This document shows, piece by piece, positions 63,341-64,000 of a stretch of 64,000 nucleotides of DNA (within the stretch, counting starts at the first letter, position 1; each line of letters opens with the position of its first letter). The translations under genes were made by a program, and so were the position numbers. The stretch comes from Patescibacteria group bacterium. GTDB taxonomy: Bacteria > Patescibacteriota > Minisyncoccia > Minisyncoccales > UBA10102. The notes beneath the pieces were generated by a model. It was not told where the DNA came from. It did no database searches and saw nothing but the letters and a program-made list of their open reading frames with translations. The DNA lies in NCBI GenBank assembly GCA_038062375.1, contig JBBTXG010000005.1, positions 51,273 to 115,272 of the forward strand, written 5' to 3'.

Positions 63341-64000
63341 TCAAGGGACAGCTTGATGGTATTCATATGCGGAGGTTGCAGCAACCGCGCCCATCGCAGC
63401 AGCCGTGATATCTTGCTTAAAACTCCCAAAATGCGTTGTAGCATCGCCCGCGGCAAAGATACCCGGAATCTTTGTCTTCATGGCATTATCCACCTTCATA
63501 TATCCCTTCTCGTCGAGTTCGAGTCCGAGTTGCTCAGCAAATGTTTTATCAGGGTCAAACCCAATTTCGATAAAAAGCCCATCAAGCACGAGTTCATCTG
63601 GTTCATGAGAAGGACTCGAAAGAATGATCTTCTCGAGCTTCTTTACACCAACCAACTCCTTTACTTCGTGTTCTAAAAGTACCTCCACTTTATCGCCCAA
63701 TCCTTGCATATACTCATAGTTAATCGGCTCTGCGTGGACTTCTTTCCCTCTTACAATAAGATAAATCTTTTTTGCGTACTCGGCCAAAAAATTTACTCCT
63801 TTTACTGAAGAATCCCCTCCTCCTACCATTGCCACTACTCTCCCTGTAAAGAGCGGCCCGTCGCATGTCCAGCAATAGTGCACTCCCCTTCCAGTCAACT
63901 CTTTTTCTTTCGGAAGGCCCAGGTGCCTCCGCCGAGATCCAATCGCTAAAATAACAGTTTTTGCTTGAAAACTCTCATCCTTGGTTGACACGATAAAACA
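63341..64000 (-). CDS. trxB: thioredoxin reductase, C-terminal ~220 aa (N-terminus lies beyond the right edge)
   Basis: The frame stays open to position 64000. GVHYCWTCDGPLF redox site, VAMVGGGDS NADPH-binding fold, GIFAAGD. Confidence 0.88.
   Translation of the reverse strand, partial: CFIVSTKDESFQAKTVILAIGSRRRHLGLPKEKELTGRGVHYCWTCDGPLFTGRVVAMVGGGDSSVKGVNFLAEYAKKIYLIVRGKEVHAEPINYEYMQGLGDKVEVLLEHEVKELVGVKKLEKIILSSPSHEPDELVLDGLFIEIGFDPDKTFAEQLGLELDEKGYMKVDNAMKTKIPGIFAAGDATTHFGSFKQDITAAAMGAVAATSAYEYHQAVP

Overview
Low-GC (about 40-45% by eye), tightly packed bacterial chromosome segment, mostly transcribed on the minus strand. Gene content and style (ComEC reduced to its MBL domain, ThrRS without TGS, a TldD/PmbA pair, many small conserved hypotheticals, leaderless-looking starts) fit a small-genome organism such as Patescibacteria/CPR; that assignment is inference only. 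The housekeeping backbone is fmt, efp, uppS, a polyprenyl synthase, rpmA, pyrG, rplI, ctpA, dinB, hup, ndk, lepA, rpsP, rnc, nusB, rpmF, rnhB, dnaE, thrS, miaA, gatB, tmk, folA, thyA, two dcd-family genes, rplK, nusG, secE, gyrB, pheST, gatCA, uppP and trxB (cut by the right edge), plus five minus-strand tRNAs. The non-routine content is: (1) a 3.6-kb islet at 9.7-13.4 kb, bracketed by ~150-bp direct repeats that duplicate the 3' end of the polyprenyl synthase gene. It carries a Sec-exported 811-aa polymorphic-toxin-like protein, a CPCC-type Cys-rich candidate immunity gene, and a decayed orphan toxin tip that shares a 57-nt recombination junction. (2) A 20.4-26.7 kb cluster holds a secreted S8 protease and four adjacent secreted proteins built from one repeat module I cannot place in a family (TG.N...TG.A.A.A...N.VNTN), including two twin Gly/Asp-rich proteins. 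(3) Three near-consensus sigma70 promoters each drive a structured non-coding RNA or leader of about 150-190 nt. The two near 9.5 kb and 44.4 kb end in one intrinsic terminator; the one near 27.0 kb carries two. (4) A conspicuously GC-rich type-2 pyrF sits between tRNA genes next to a native low-GC pyrF. (5) Also present: a CBS-HPF fusion, a palindromic terminator repeat family, a 134-nt element closed by a perfect 22-bp inverted repeat, and an odd CAT tRNA. No CRISPR array, rRNA, transposase or integrase was seen.
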